Assembly (NCBI GenBank): GCA_964016885.1
Contig: OZ024740.1
Coordinates: 439,952,001 to 440,016,000, forward strand
DNA from: Eledone cirrhosa
Taxonomy: Eukaryota
Direction of reading: 5' to 3'
Length of the DNA: 64,000 nt
Shown here one piece after another: positions 1-16,900 of the stretch. The notes under the pieces are model-generated. The model did no database searches. It was given only the letters and a program-made list of their open reading frames with translations, and was not told the DNA's origin. A program made the translations under genes and the position numbers. Numbering within the stretch: position 1 is the stretch's first letter; every line of letters begins with the position of its first letter.

Positions 1-3000
1 ACATCTATATAATAACACCACATGTGACATATATATAATAACACCACATGTCTGACATCTATATAATAACACCACATGACTGGCATCTATATAATAACAC
101 CACATGTCTGACAACTATATAATAACAGCACATGTCTGACATCTATATAATAGCATCACATGTCTGACATCTATACAATAACACCACATGTCTGACATCT
201 ATATAATAACACCACAAGTCTGACATCTATATAATGACACCACAAGTCTGACATCTATATAATAACACCACAAGTCTGACATCTATACAATAATACCACA
301 TGTCTGACATCTATATAATAACACCACAGGTATGACATCTATATAATAACACCACATGTGACATCTATATAATAACACCACATGTCTGACATCTATAAAT
401 TAACACCACATGTCTGACATCTATATAATAAGACCACAAGTCTGACATCTATATAATAACACCACAAGTCTGAAATCTATATAATAACACCACAAATCTG
501 ACATCTATATAATAACACCACATGTCTGACATCTATATAATAGCACCACAATTCTGACATCTATATAACAACACCACCTGTCTGACATCTATATAATAAC
601 ACCACATGTATGACATCTATATAATAACACAACATGTCTGACATATATATAATAACCCCAGATGTCTGACATCTATATAATAACACCAGATGTCTGACAT
701 CTATATAATAACACAACATGTCTGACATCTATATAATAACACCACATGTCTGACATCTATATAATAACACCACAAGTCTGACATCTATATAACAACACCA
801 CATGTCTGACATCTATATAATAACACCACATGTATGACATCTATATAATAACACAACATGTCTGACATATATATAATAACCCCAGATGTCTGACATCTAT
901 ATAATAACACCAGATGTCTGACATCTATATAATAACACAACATGTCTGACATCTATATAATAACACCACATGTCTGACATCTATATAATAACACCACAAG
1001 TCTGACATCTATATAATAACACCACATGTCTGACATCTATATAATAACACCAGAAGTCTGATATCTATATAATAACACCATAAGTCTGACATCTATACAA
1101 TAATACCACATGTCTGACATCTATATAATAACACCACATGCCTGACATATATATAATAACACCACATGCCTGACATATATATAATAACACCACCTCTCTG
1201 ACATCTATACAATAATACCACATGTCTGACATCTATATAATAACACCACATGCCTGACATCTATATAATAACACCACATGTCTGACATCTATAAATTAAC
1301 ACCACATTTATGACATCTATATAATGACACCACAAGTCTGACATCTATATAATAACACCACAAATCTGACATCTATATAATAACACCACATGTCTGACAT
1401 CTATATAATAGCACCACAATTCTGACATCTATATAACAACACCATATGTCTGACATCTATATAATAACCCCAGATGTCTGACATCTATATAATAACACAA
1501 CATGTCTGACATCTATATAATAACAGCACATGTCTGACATCTATATAATAACACCACATGTCTGACATCTATGTAACAACACCACATGTCTGACATCTAT
1601 ATAATAACACCACAAGTCTGACATCTATATAATAACACCACATGTCTGACATCTTTATAATAACACCACATGTGACATCTATATAATAACACCAAATGTC
1701 TGACATCTATATAACAACACCACATGTCTGACATCTATATAATAACACCACATGTCTGACATCTATATATTAACACCACATGTCTGCCATCTATATAATA
1801 ACACCAGTTGTCTGGCATCTATATAATAACACCACAAGTCTGACATCTATACAATAACACAACATGTCTGACATCTATATAATTACACCACAAGTCTGAC
1901 ATCTATATAATAACACCACATGTCTTACATCTATATAATAACACCACATGTCTGATATCTATATAATAACACCACAATTCTGACATCTATATAATAACAC
2001 CACATGTCTGACATCTATATAATAACACCACATGTATGACATCTATATAATAACACATGTCTGACATCTATATAATAACACCAGATCTCTGACATCTATA
2101 TAATAACACCACATGTGACATCTATATAATAACACCACACGTCTGACATCTATATAATAACACCATATGTCTGACATCTATATAATAACACCAGAAGTCT
2201 GACATCTATTTAATAACACCACAAGTCTGACATCTATACAATAATATCACATGTCAGACATCTATATAATAACACCAGATGTCTGACATCTATATAATAA
2301 CACCACATGTGACATATATATAATAACACCACATGTCTGACATCTATATAATAACACCACATGTCTGGCATCTATATAATAACACCACATGTCTGACAAC
2401 TATATAATAACAGCACATGTCTGACATCTATATAATAGCATCACATGTCTGACATCTATACAATAACACCACATGTCTGACATCTATATAATAACACCAC
2501 AAGTCTGACATCTATATAATGACACCACAAGTCTGACATCTATATAATAACACCACAAGTCTGACATCTATACAATAATACCACATGTCTGACATCTATA
2601 TAATAACACCACAGGTATGACATCTATATAATAACACCACATGTGACATCTATATAATAACACCACATGTCTGACATCTATAAATTAACACCACATGTCT
2701 GACATCTATATAATAAGACCACAAGTCTGACATCTATATAATAACACCACAAGTCTGAAATCTATATAATAACACCACAAATCTGACATCTATATAATAA
2801 CACCACATGTCTGACATCTATATAATAACACCACATGTATGACATCTATATAATAACACATGTCTGACATCTATATAATAACACCAGATCTCTGACATCT
2901 ATATAATAACACCACATGTGACATCTATATAATAACACCACACGTCTGACATCTATATAATAACACCATATGTCTGACATCTATATAATAACACCAGAAG

Positions 3001-4985
3001 TCTGACATCTATTTAATAACACCACAAGTCTGACATCTATACAATAATATCACATGTCAGACATCTATATAATAACACCAGATGTCTGACATCTATATAA
3101 TAACACCACATGTGACATATATATAATAACACCACATGTCTGACATCTATATAATAACACCACATGACTGGCATCTATATAATAACACCACATGTCTGAC
3201 AACTATATAATAACAGCACATGTCTGACATCTATATAATAGCATCACATGTCTGACATCTATACAATAACACCACATGTCTGACATCTATATAATAACAC
3301 CACAAGTCTGACATCTATATAATGACACCACAAGTCTGACATCTATATAATAACACCACAAGTCTGACATCTATACAATAATACCACATGTCTGACATCT
3401 ATATAATAACACCACAGGTATGACATCTATATAATAACACCACATGTGACATCTATATAATAACACCACATGTCTGACATCTATAAATTAACACCACATG
3501 TCTGACATCTATATAATAAGACCACAAGTCTGACATCTATATAATAACACCACAAGTCTGAAATCTATATAATAACACCACAAATCTGACATCTATATAA
3601 TAACACCACATGTCTGACATCTATATAATAGCACCACAATTCTGACATCTATATAACAACACCACCTGTCTGACATCTATATAATAACACCACATGTATG
3701 ACATCTATATAATAACACAACATGTCTGACATATATATAATAACCCCAGATGTCTGACATCTATATAATAACACCAGATGTCTGACATCTATATAATAAC
3801 ACAACATGTCTGACATCTATATAATAACACCACATGTCTGACATCTATATAATAACACCACAAGTCTGACATCTATATAACAACACCACATGTCTGACAT
3901 CTATATAATAACACCACATGTATGACATCTATATAATAACACAACATGTCTGACATATATATAATAACCCCAGATGTCTGACATCTATATAATAACACCA
4001 GATGTCTGACATCTATATAATAACACAACATGTCTGACATCTATATAATAACACCACATGTCTGACATCTATATAATAACACCACAAGTCTGACATCTAT
4101 ATAATAACACCACATGTCTGACATCTATATAATAACACCAGAAGTCTGATATCTATATAATAACACCATAAGTCTGACATCTATACAATAATACCACATG
4201 TCTGACATCTATATAATAACACCACATGCCTGACATATATATAATAACACCACATGCCTGACATATATATAATAACACCACCTCTCTGACATCTATACAA
4301 TAATACCACATGTCTGACATCTATATAATAACACCACATGCCTGACATCTATATAATAACACCACATGTCTGACATCTATAAATTAACACCACATTTATG
4401 ACATCTATATAATGACACCACAAGTCTGACATCTATATAATAACACCACAAATCTGACATCTATATAATAACACCACATGTCTGACATCTATATAATAGC
4501 ACCACAATTCTGACATCTATATAACAACACCATATGTCTGACATCTATATAATAACCCCAGATGTCTGACATCTATATAATAACACAACATGTCTGACAT
4601 CTATATAATAACAGCACATGTCTGACATCTATATAATAACACCACATGTCTGACATCTATGTAACAACACCACATGTCTGACATCTATATAATAACACCA
4701 CAAGTCTGACATCTATATAATAACACCACATGTCTGACATCTTTATAATAACACCACATGTGACATCTATATAATAACACCAAATGTCTGACATCTATAT
4801 AACAACACCACATGTCTGACATCTATATAATAACACCACATGTCTGACATCTATATATTAACACCACATGTCTGCCATCTATATAATAACACCAGTTGTC
4901 TGGCATCTATATAATAACACCACAAGTCTGACATCTATACAATAACACAACATGTCTGACATCTATATAATTACACCACAAGTCT
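1..4985. repeat. Near-identical 1.9-kb segment repeated at an offset of 3088 bp (about 1-1900 and about 3089-4985)
   Basis: CATGACTGGC at 78/3166 and CCAGTTG at 1807/4895 both give an offset of 3088, with the same variant order between them. Confidence 0.85.
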
Positions 4986-7900
4986 GACTTCTACATAATA
5001 ACACCACATGTCTGACATCTATATAATAACAGCACATGTCTGACATCTATATAATAGCACCACATGTCTGATATCTATACAATAACACCACATGTCTGAC
5101 ATCTATAAAATAACACCACAAGTCTGACATCTATATAATAACACCACAAGTCTGACATCTATACAATAATACCACATGTCTGACATCTATACAATAATAC
5201 CACATGTCTGACATCTATACAATAATACCACATGTCTGACATCTATATAATAACACCACAAGTCTGACATCTATATAATAACACCACATGTCTGACATCT
5301 ATATAATAACACCGCATGTGACATCTATATAATAACACCACATGTCTGACAACTATAAATTAACACCACATGTCTGACATCTATATAATAACACCACAAG
5401 TCTGACTTCTATATAATAACATCACAAGTCTGACATCTATATAATAACACCACATGTCTTACATCTATATAATAACACCACATGTCTGATATCTATATAA
5501 TAACACCACAATTCTGACATCTATATAATAACACCACATGTCTGACATCTATATAATAACACCACATGTATGACATCTATATAATAACACATGTCTGACA
5601 TCTATATAATAACACCAGATCTCTGACATCTATATAATAACACCACATGTGACATCTATATAATAACACCACACGTCTGACATCTATATAATAACACCAT
5701 ATGTCTGACATCTATATAATAACACCAGAAGTCTGACATCTATTTAATAACACCACAAGTCTGACATCTATACAATAATATCACATGTCAGACATCTATA
5801 TAATAACACCAGATGTCTGACATCTATATAATAACACCACATGTGACATATATATAATAACACCACATGTCTGACATCTATATAATAACACCACATGACT
5901 GGCATCTATATAATAACACCACATGTCTGACAACTATATAATAACAGCACATGTCTGACATCTATATAATAGCATCACATGTCTGACATCTATACAATAA
6001 CACCACATGTCTGACATCTATATAATAACACCACAAGTCTGACATCTATATAATGACACCACAAGTCTGACATCTATATAATAACACCACAAGTCTGACA
6101 TCTATACAATAATACCACATGTCTGACATCTATATAATAACACCACAGGTATGACATCTATATAATAACACCACATGTGACATCTATATAATAACACCAC
6201 ATGTCTGACATCTATAAATTAACACCACATGTCTGACATCTATATAATAAGACCACAAGTCTGACATCTATATAATAACACCACAAGTCTGAAATCTATA
6301 TAATAACACCACAAATCTGACATCTATATAATAACACCACATGTCTGACATCTATATAATAGCACCACAATTCTGACATCTATATAACAACACCACATGT
6401 CTGACATCTATATAATAACACCACATGTATGACATCTATATAATAACACAACATGTCTGACATATATATAATAACCCCAGATGTCTGACATCTATATAAT
6501 AACACATGTCTGACATCTATATAATAACAGCACATGTCTGACATCTATATAATAACACCACAAGTCTGACATCTATATAATAACACCACATGTCTGACAT
6601 CTATATAATAACACCACATGTGACATCTATATAATAACACCAAATGTCTGACATCTATATAACAACACCACATGTCTGACATCTATATAATAACACCACA
6701 TGTCTGCCATCTATATAATAACACCAGTTGTCTGGCATCTATATAATAACACCACAAGTCTGACATCTATACAATAACACAACATGTCTGACATCTATAT
6801 AATTACACCACAAGTCTGACTTCTATATAATAACACCACATGTCTGACATCTATATAATAACAGCACATGTCTGACATCTATATAATAGCACCACATGTC
6901 TGATATCTATACAATAACACCACATGTCTGACATCTATATAATAACACCACAAGTCTGACATCTATATAATAACACCACAAGTCTGACATCTATACAATA
7001 ATACCACATGTCTGACATCTATACAATAATACCACATGTCTGACATCTATACAATAATACCACATGTCTGACATCTATATAATAACACCACAAGTCTGAC
7101 ATCTATATAATAACACCACATGTCTGACATCTATATAATAACACCGCATGTGACATCTATATAATAACACCACATGTCTGACAACTATAAATTAACACCA
7201 CATGTCTGACATCTATATAATAACACCACAAGTCTGACTTCTATATAATAACATCACAAGTCTGACATCTATATAATAACACCACATGTCTTACATCTAT
7301 ATAATAACACCACATGTCTGATATCTATATAATAACACCACAATTCTGACATCTATATAATAACACCACATGTCTGACATCTATATAATAACACCACATG
7401 TATGACATCTATATAATAACACATGTCTGACATCTATATAATAACACCAGATCTCTGACATCTATATAATAACACCACATGTGACATCTATATAATAACA
7501 CCACACGTCTGACATCTATATAATAACACCATATGTCTGACATCTATATAATAACACCAGAAGTCTGACATCTATTTAATAACACCACAAGTCTGACATC
7601 TATACAATAATATCACATGTCAGACATCTATATAATAACACCAGATGTCTGACATCTATATAATAACACCACATGTGACATATATATAATAACACCACAT
7701 GTCTGACATCTATATAATAACACCACATGTCTGGCATCTATATAATAACACCACATGTCTGACAACTATATAATAACAGCACATGTCTGACATCTATATA
7801 ATAGCATCACATGTCTGACATCTATACAATAACACCACATGTCTGACATCTATATAATAACACCACAAGTCTGACATCTATATAATGACACCACAAGTCT

Positions 7901-10900
7901 GACATCTATATAATAACACCACAAGTCTGACATCTATACAATAATACCACATGTCTGACATCTATATAATAACACCACAGGTATGACATCTATATAATAA
8001 CACCACATGTGACATCTATATAATAACACCACATGTCTGACATCTATAAATTAACACCACATGTCTGACATCTATATAATAAGACCACAAGTCTGACATC
8101 TATATAATAACACCACAAGTCTGAAATCTATATAATAACACCACAAATCTGACATCTATATAATAACACCACATGTCTGACATCTATATAATAACACCAC
8201 ATGTATGACATCTATATAATAACACATGTCTGACATCTATATAATAACACCAGATCTCTGACATCTATATAATAACACCACATGTGACATCTATATAATA
8301 ACACCACACGTCTGACATCTATATAATAACACCATATGTCTGACATCTATATAATAACACCAGAAGTCTGACATCTATTTAATAACACCACAAGTCTGAC
8401 ATCTATACAATAATATCACATGTCAGACATCTATATAATAACACCAGATGTCTGACATCTATATAATAACACCACATGTGACATATATATAATAACACCA
8501 CATGTCTGACATCTATATAATAACACCACATGACTGGCATCTATATAATAACACCACATGTCTGACAACTATATAATAACAGCACATGTCTGACATCTAT
8601 ATAATAGCATCACATGTCTGACATCTATACAATAACACCACATGTCTGACATCTATATAATAACACCACAAGTCTGACATCTATATAATGACACCACAAG
8701 TCTGACATCTATATAATAACACCACAAGTCTGACATCTATACAATAATACCACATGTCTGACATCTATATAATAACACCACAGGTATGACATCTATATAA
8801 TAACACCACATGTGACATCTATATAATAACACCACATGTCTGACATCTATAAATTAACACCACATGTCTGACATCTATATAATAAGACCACAAGTCTGAC
8901 ATCTATATAATAACACCACAAATCTGACATCTATATAATAACACCACATGTCTGACATCTATATAATAGCACCACAATTCTGACATCTATATAACAACAC
9001 CACATGTCTGACATCTATATAATAACACCACATGTATGACATCTATATAATAACACAACATGTCTGACATATATATAATAACCCCAGATGTCTGACATCT
9101 ATATAATAACACATGTCTGACATCTATATAATAACAGCACATGTCTGACATCTATATAATAACACCACAAGTCTGACATCTATATAATAACACCACATGT
9201 CTGACATCTATATAATAACACCACATGTGACATCTATATAATAACACCAAATGTCTGACATCTATATAACAACACCACATGTCTGACATCTATATAATAA
9301 CACCACATGTCTGCCATCTATATAATAACACCAGTTGTCTGGCATCTATATAATAACACCACAAGTCTGACATCTATACAATAACACAACATGTCTGACA
9401 TCTATATAATTACACCACAAGTCTGACTTCTATATAATAACACCACATGTCTGACATCTATATAATAACAGCACATGTCTGACATCTATATAATAGCACC
9501 ACATGTCTGATATCTATACAATAACACCACATGTCTGACATCTATATAATAACACCACAAGTCTGACATCTATATAATAACACCACAAGTCTGACATCTA
9601 TACAATAATACCACATGTCTGACATCTATACAATAATACCACATGTCTGACATCTATACAATAATACCACATGTCTGACATCTATATAATAACACCACAA
9701 GTCTGACATCTATATAATAACACCACATGTCTGACATCTATATAATAACACCGCATGTGACATCTATATAATAACACCACATGTCTGACAACTATAAATT
9801 AACACCACATGTCTGACATCTATATAATAACACCACAAGTCTGACTTCTATATAATAACATCACAAGTCTGACATCTATATAATAACACCACATGTCTTA
9901 CATCTATATAATAACACCACATGTCTGATATCTATATAATAACACCACAATTCTGACATCTATATAATAACACCACATGTCTGACATCTATATAATAACA
10001 CCACATGTATGACATCTATATAATAACACATGTCTGACATCTATATAATAACACCAGATCTCTGACATCTATATAATAACACCACATGTGACATCTATAT
10101 AATAACACCACACGTCTGACATCTATATAATAACACCATATGTCTGACATCTATATAATAACACCAGAAGTCTGACATCTATTTAATAACACCACAAGTC
10201 TGACATCTATACAATAATATCACATGTCAGACATCTATATAATAACACCAGATGTCTGACATCTATATAATAACACCACATGTGACATATATATAATAAC
10301 ACCACATGTCTGACATCTATATAATAACACCACATGTCTGGCATCTATATAATAACACCACATGTCTGACAACTATATAATAACAGCACATGTCTGACAT
10401 CTATATAATAGCATCACATGTCTGACATCTATACAATAACACCACATGTCTGACATCTATATAATAACACCACAAGTCTGACATCTATATAATGACACCA
10501 CAAGTCTGACATCTATATAATAACACCACAAGTCTGACATCTATACAATAATACCACATGTCTGACATCTATATAATAACACCACAGGTATGACATCTAT
10601 ATAATAACACCACATGTGACATCTATATAATAACACCACATGTCTGACATCTATAAATTAACACCACATGTCTGACATCTATATAATAAGACCACAAGTC
10701 TGACATCTATATAATAACACCACAAGTCTGAAATCTATATAATAACACCACAAATCTGACATCTATATAATAACACCACATGTCTGACATCTATATAATA
10801 GCACCACAATTCTGACATCTATATAACAACACCACATGTCTGACATCTATATAATAACACCACATGTATGACATCTATATAATAACACAACATGTCTGAC

Positions 10901-13900
10901 ATATATATAATAACCCCAGATGTCTGACATCTATATAATAACACATGTCTGACATCTATATAATAACAGCACATGTCTGACATCTATATAATAACACCAC
11001 AAGTCTGACATCTATATAATAACACCACATGTCTGACATCTAAATAATAACACCACATGTGACATCTATATAATAACACCACATGTCTGACATCTATATA
11101 ATAACACCACATGTCTGACATCTATATAATAACACCACACGTCTGACATCTATATAATAACACCACAAGTCTGAGATCTATACAATAATACCAGATGTCT
11201 GACATCTATATAATAACACCACATGTCTGACTTCTATATAATAACACCACATGTCTGACATCTATATAATAACAGCACATGTCTGACATCTATATAATAG
11301 CACCACATGTCTAACATCTATACAATAACACCACATGTCTGACATCTATATAATAACAGCACAAGTCTGACAACTATATAATAATACCACAAGTGTGACA
11401 TCTATATAATAACACCACATGTCTGATATCTATATAATAACACCACAATTCTGACATCTATATAATAACACCACATGTCTGACCTCTATATAATAACACC
11501 ACATGTATGACATCTATATAATAACACCACATGTTTGACATCTATATAATAACACCGCATGTGACATCTATATAATAAAACCACATGTCTGACAACTATA
11601 AATTAACACCACATGTCTGACATCTATATAATAACACCACAAGTCTGACATCTATATAATAACACCACAAGTCTGAGATCTATATAATAACACCACAAGT
11701 CTGACATCTATATAATAACACCACATGTCTGATATCTATATAATAACACCACCATTCTGACATCTATATAATAACACCACATGTCTGACCTCTATATAAT
11801 AACACCACATGTATGACATCTATATAATAACACAACATGTCTGACATCTATATAATAACACCAGATGTCTGACATCTATATAATAACACAACATGTCTGA
11901 CATCTATATAATAACACCACATGTCTGACATCTATATAATAACACCACAAGTCTGACATCTATATAATAACACCACATGTCTGACATCTATATAATAACA
12001 CCAGAAGTCTGATATCTATATAATAACACCATAAGTCTGACATCTATACAATAATACCACATGTCTGACATCTATATAATAACACCACATGCCTGACAGA
12101 TATATAATAACACCACATGTCTGACATCTATATAATAACACCACCTCTCTGACATCTATACAATAATACCACATGTCTGACATCTATATAATAACACCAC
12201 ATGTCTGACATCTATATAATAACACCACATGTCTGACATCTATAAATTAACACCACATTTATGACATCTATATAATGACACCACAAGTCTGACATCTATA
12301 TAATAACACCACAAATCTGACATCTATATAATAACACCACATGTCTGACATCTATATAATAGCACCACAATTCTGACATCTATATAACAACACCATATGT
12401 CTGACATCTATATAATAACCCCAGATGTCTGATATCTATACAATAACACCACACGTCTGACATCTATATAATAACACCAGAAGTCTGAGATCTATGCAAT
12501 AATACCAGATGTCTGACATCTATATAATAACACCACATGTCTGACTTCTATATAATAACACCACATGTCTGACATCTATATAATAACAGCACATGTCTGA
12601 CATCTATATAATAGCACCACATGTCTGATATCTATACAATAACACCACATGTCTGACATCTATATAATAACACCACAAGTCTGACATCTATATAATAACA
12701 CCACAAGTCTGACATCTATACAATAATACCACATGTCTGACATCTATACAATAATACCACATGTCTGACATCTATACAATAATTCCACATGTCTGACATC
12801 TATATAATAACACCACAAGTCTGACATCTATATAATAACACCACATGTCTGACATCTATATAATAACACCACAAGTCTGACATCTATATAATAACACCAC
12901 ATGTCTGACATCTATATAATAACACCAGAAGTCTGATATCTATATAATAACACCATAAGTCTGACATCTATACGATAATACCACATGTCTGACATCTATA
13001 TAATAACACCACATGCCTGACATATATATAGTAACACCACATGTCTGACATCTATATAATAACACCACCTCTCTGACATCTATACAATAATACCACATGA
13101 CTGACATCTATATAATAACACCACATGCCTGACATCTATATAATAACACCACATGTCTGACATCTATAAATTAACACCACATGTATGACATCTATATAAT
13201 GACACCACAAGTCTGACATCTATATAATAACACCACAAATCTGACATCTATATAATAACACCACATGTCTGACATCTATATAATAGCACCACAATTCTGA
13301 CATCTATATAACAACACCATATGTCTGACATCTATATAATAACCCCAGATGTCTGACATCTATATAATAACACAACATGTCTGACATCTATATAATAACA
13401 GCACATGTCTGACATCTATATAATAACACCACATGTCTGACATCTATGTAACAACACCACATGTCTGACATCTATATAATAACACCACAAGTCTGACATC
13501 TATATAATAACACCACATGTCTGACATCTTTATAATAACACCACATGTGACATCTATATAATAACACCAAATGTCTGACATCTATATAACAACACCACAT
13601 GTCTGACATCTATATAATAACACCACATGTCTGACATCTATATATTAACACCACATGTCTGCCATCTATATAATAACACCAGTTGTCTGGCATCTATATA
13701 ATAACACCACAAGTCTGACATCTATACAATAACACAACATGTCTGACATCTATATAATTACACCACAAGTCTGACTTCTATATAATAACACCACATGTCT
13801 GACATCTATATAATAACAGCACATGTCTGACATCTATATAATAGCACCACATGTCTGATATCTATACAATAACACCACATGTCTGACATCTATATAATAA

Positions 13901-16900
13901 CACCACAAGTCTGACATCTATATAATAACACCACAAGTCTGACATCTATACAATAATACCACATGTCTGACATCTATACAATAATACCACATGTCTGACA
14001 TCTATACAATAATACCACATGTCTGACATCTATATAATAACACCACAAGTCTGACATCTATATAATAACACCACATGTCTGACATCTATATAATAACACC
14101 GCATGTGACATCTATATAATAACACCACATGTCTGACAACTATAAATTAACACCACATGTCTGACATCTATATAATAACACCACAAGTCTGACTTCTATA
14201 TAATAACATCACAAGTCTGACATCTATATAATAACACCACATGTCTTACATCTATATAATAACACCACATGTCTGATATCTATATAATAACACCACAATT
14301 CTGACATCTATATAATAACAACACATGTCTGACATCTATATAATAACACCACATTTATGACATCTATATAATAACACATGTCTGACATCTATATAATAAC
14401 ACCAGATGTCTGACATCTATATATTAACACCACATGTGACATCTATATAATAACACCACACGTCTGACATCTATATAATAACACCATATGTCTGACATCT
14501 ATATAATAACACCAGAAGTCTGACATCTATTTAATAACACCACAAGTCTGACATCTATACAATAATATCACATGTCAGACATCTATATAATAACACCAGA
14601 TGTCTGACATCTATATAATAACACCACATGTGACATATATATAATAACACCACATGTCTGACATCTATATAATAACACCACATGTCTGGCATCTATATAA
14701 TAACACCACATGTCTGACAACTATATAATAACAGCACATGTCTGACATCTATATAATAGCATCACATGTCTGACATCTATACAATAACACCACATGCCTG
14801 ACATCTATATAATAACACCACAAGTCTGACATCTATATAATAACACCACAAGTCTGACATCTATATAATAACACCACAAGTCTGACATCTATACAATAAT
14901 ACCACATGTCTGACATCTATATAATAACACCACAGGTATGACATCTATATAATAACACCACATGTGACATCTATATAATAACACCACATGTCTGACATCT
15001 ATAAATTAACACCACATGTCTGACATCTATATAATAAGACCACAAGTCTGACATCTATATAATAACACCACAAGTCTGAAATCTATATAATAACACCACA
15101 AATCTGACATCTATATAATAACACCACATGTCTGACATCTATATAATAGCACCACAATTCTGACATCTATATAACAACACCACATGTCTGACATCTATAT
15201 AATAACACCACATGTATGACATCTATATAATAACACAACATGTCTGACATATATATAATAACCCCAGATGTCTGACATCTATATAATAACACATGTCTGA
15301 CATCTATATAATAACAGCACATGTCTGACATCTATATAATAACACCACAAGTCTGACATCTATATAATAACACCACATGTCTGACATCTATATAATAACA
15401 CCACATGTGACATCTATATAATAACACCAAATGTCTGACATCTATATAACAACACCACATGTCTGACATCTATATAATAACACCACATGTCTGACATCTA
15501 TATAATAACACCACACGTCTGACATCTATATAATAACACCACAAGTTTGAGATCTATACAATAATACCTGATGTCTGACATCTATATAATAACACCACAT
15601 GTCTGACTTCTATATAATAACACCACATGTCTGACATCTATATAATAACAGCACATGTCTGACATCTATATAATAGCACCACATGTCTGATATCTATACA
15701 ATAACACCACATGTCTGACATCTATATAATAACACCACAAGTCTGACATCTATATAATAACACCACAAGTCTGACATCTATACAATAATACCACATGTCT
15801 GACATCTATACAATAATACCACATGTCTGACATCTATACAATAGTACCACATGTCTGACATCTATATAATAACACCACAAGTCTGACATCTATATAATAA
15901 CACCACATGTCTGACATCTATATAATAACACCACAAGTCTGACATCTATATAATAACACCACATGTCTGACATCTATATAATAACACCAGAAGTCTGATA
16001 TCTATATAATAACACCATAAGTCTGACATCTATACGATAATACCACATGTCTGACATCTATATAATAACACCACATGCCTGAGATATATATAGTAACACC
16101 ACATGTCTGACATCTATATAATAACACCACCTCTCTGACATCTATACAATAATACCACATGTCTGACATCTATATAATAACACCACATGCCTGACATCTA
16201 TATAATAACACCACATGTCTGACATCTATAAATTAACACCACATGTATGACATCTATATAATGACACCACATGTCTGACATCTATATAATAACACCACAA
16301 ATCTGACATCTATATAATAACACCACATGTCTGACATCTATATAATAGCACCACAATTCTGACATCTATATAACAACACCATATGTCTGACATCTATATA
16401 ATAACCCCAGATGTCTGACATCTATATAATAACACAACATGTCTGACATCTATATAATAACAGCACATGTCTGACATCTATATAATAACACCACATGTCT
16501 GACATCTATGTAACAACACCACATGTCTGACATCTATATAATAACACCACAAGTCTGACATCTATATAATAACACCACATGTCTGACATCTTTATAATAA
16601 CACCACATGTGACATCTATATAATAACACCAAATGTCTGACATCTATATAACAACACCACATGTCTGACATCTATATAATAACACCACATGTCTGACATC
16701 TATATATTAACACCACATGTCTGCCATCTATATAATAACACCAGTTGTCTGGCATCTATATAATAACACCACAAGTCTGACATCTATACAATAACACAAC
16801 ATGTCTGACATCTATATAATTACACCACAAGTCTGACTTCTATATAATAACACCACATGTCTGACATCTATATAATAACAGCACATGTCTGACATCTATA

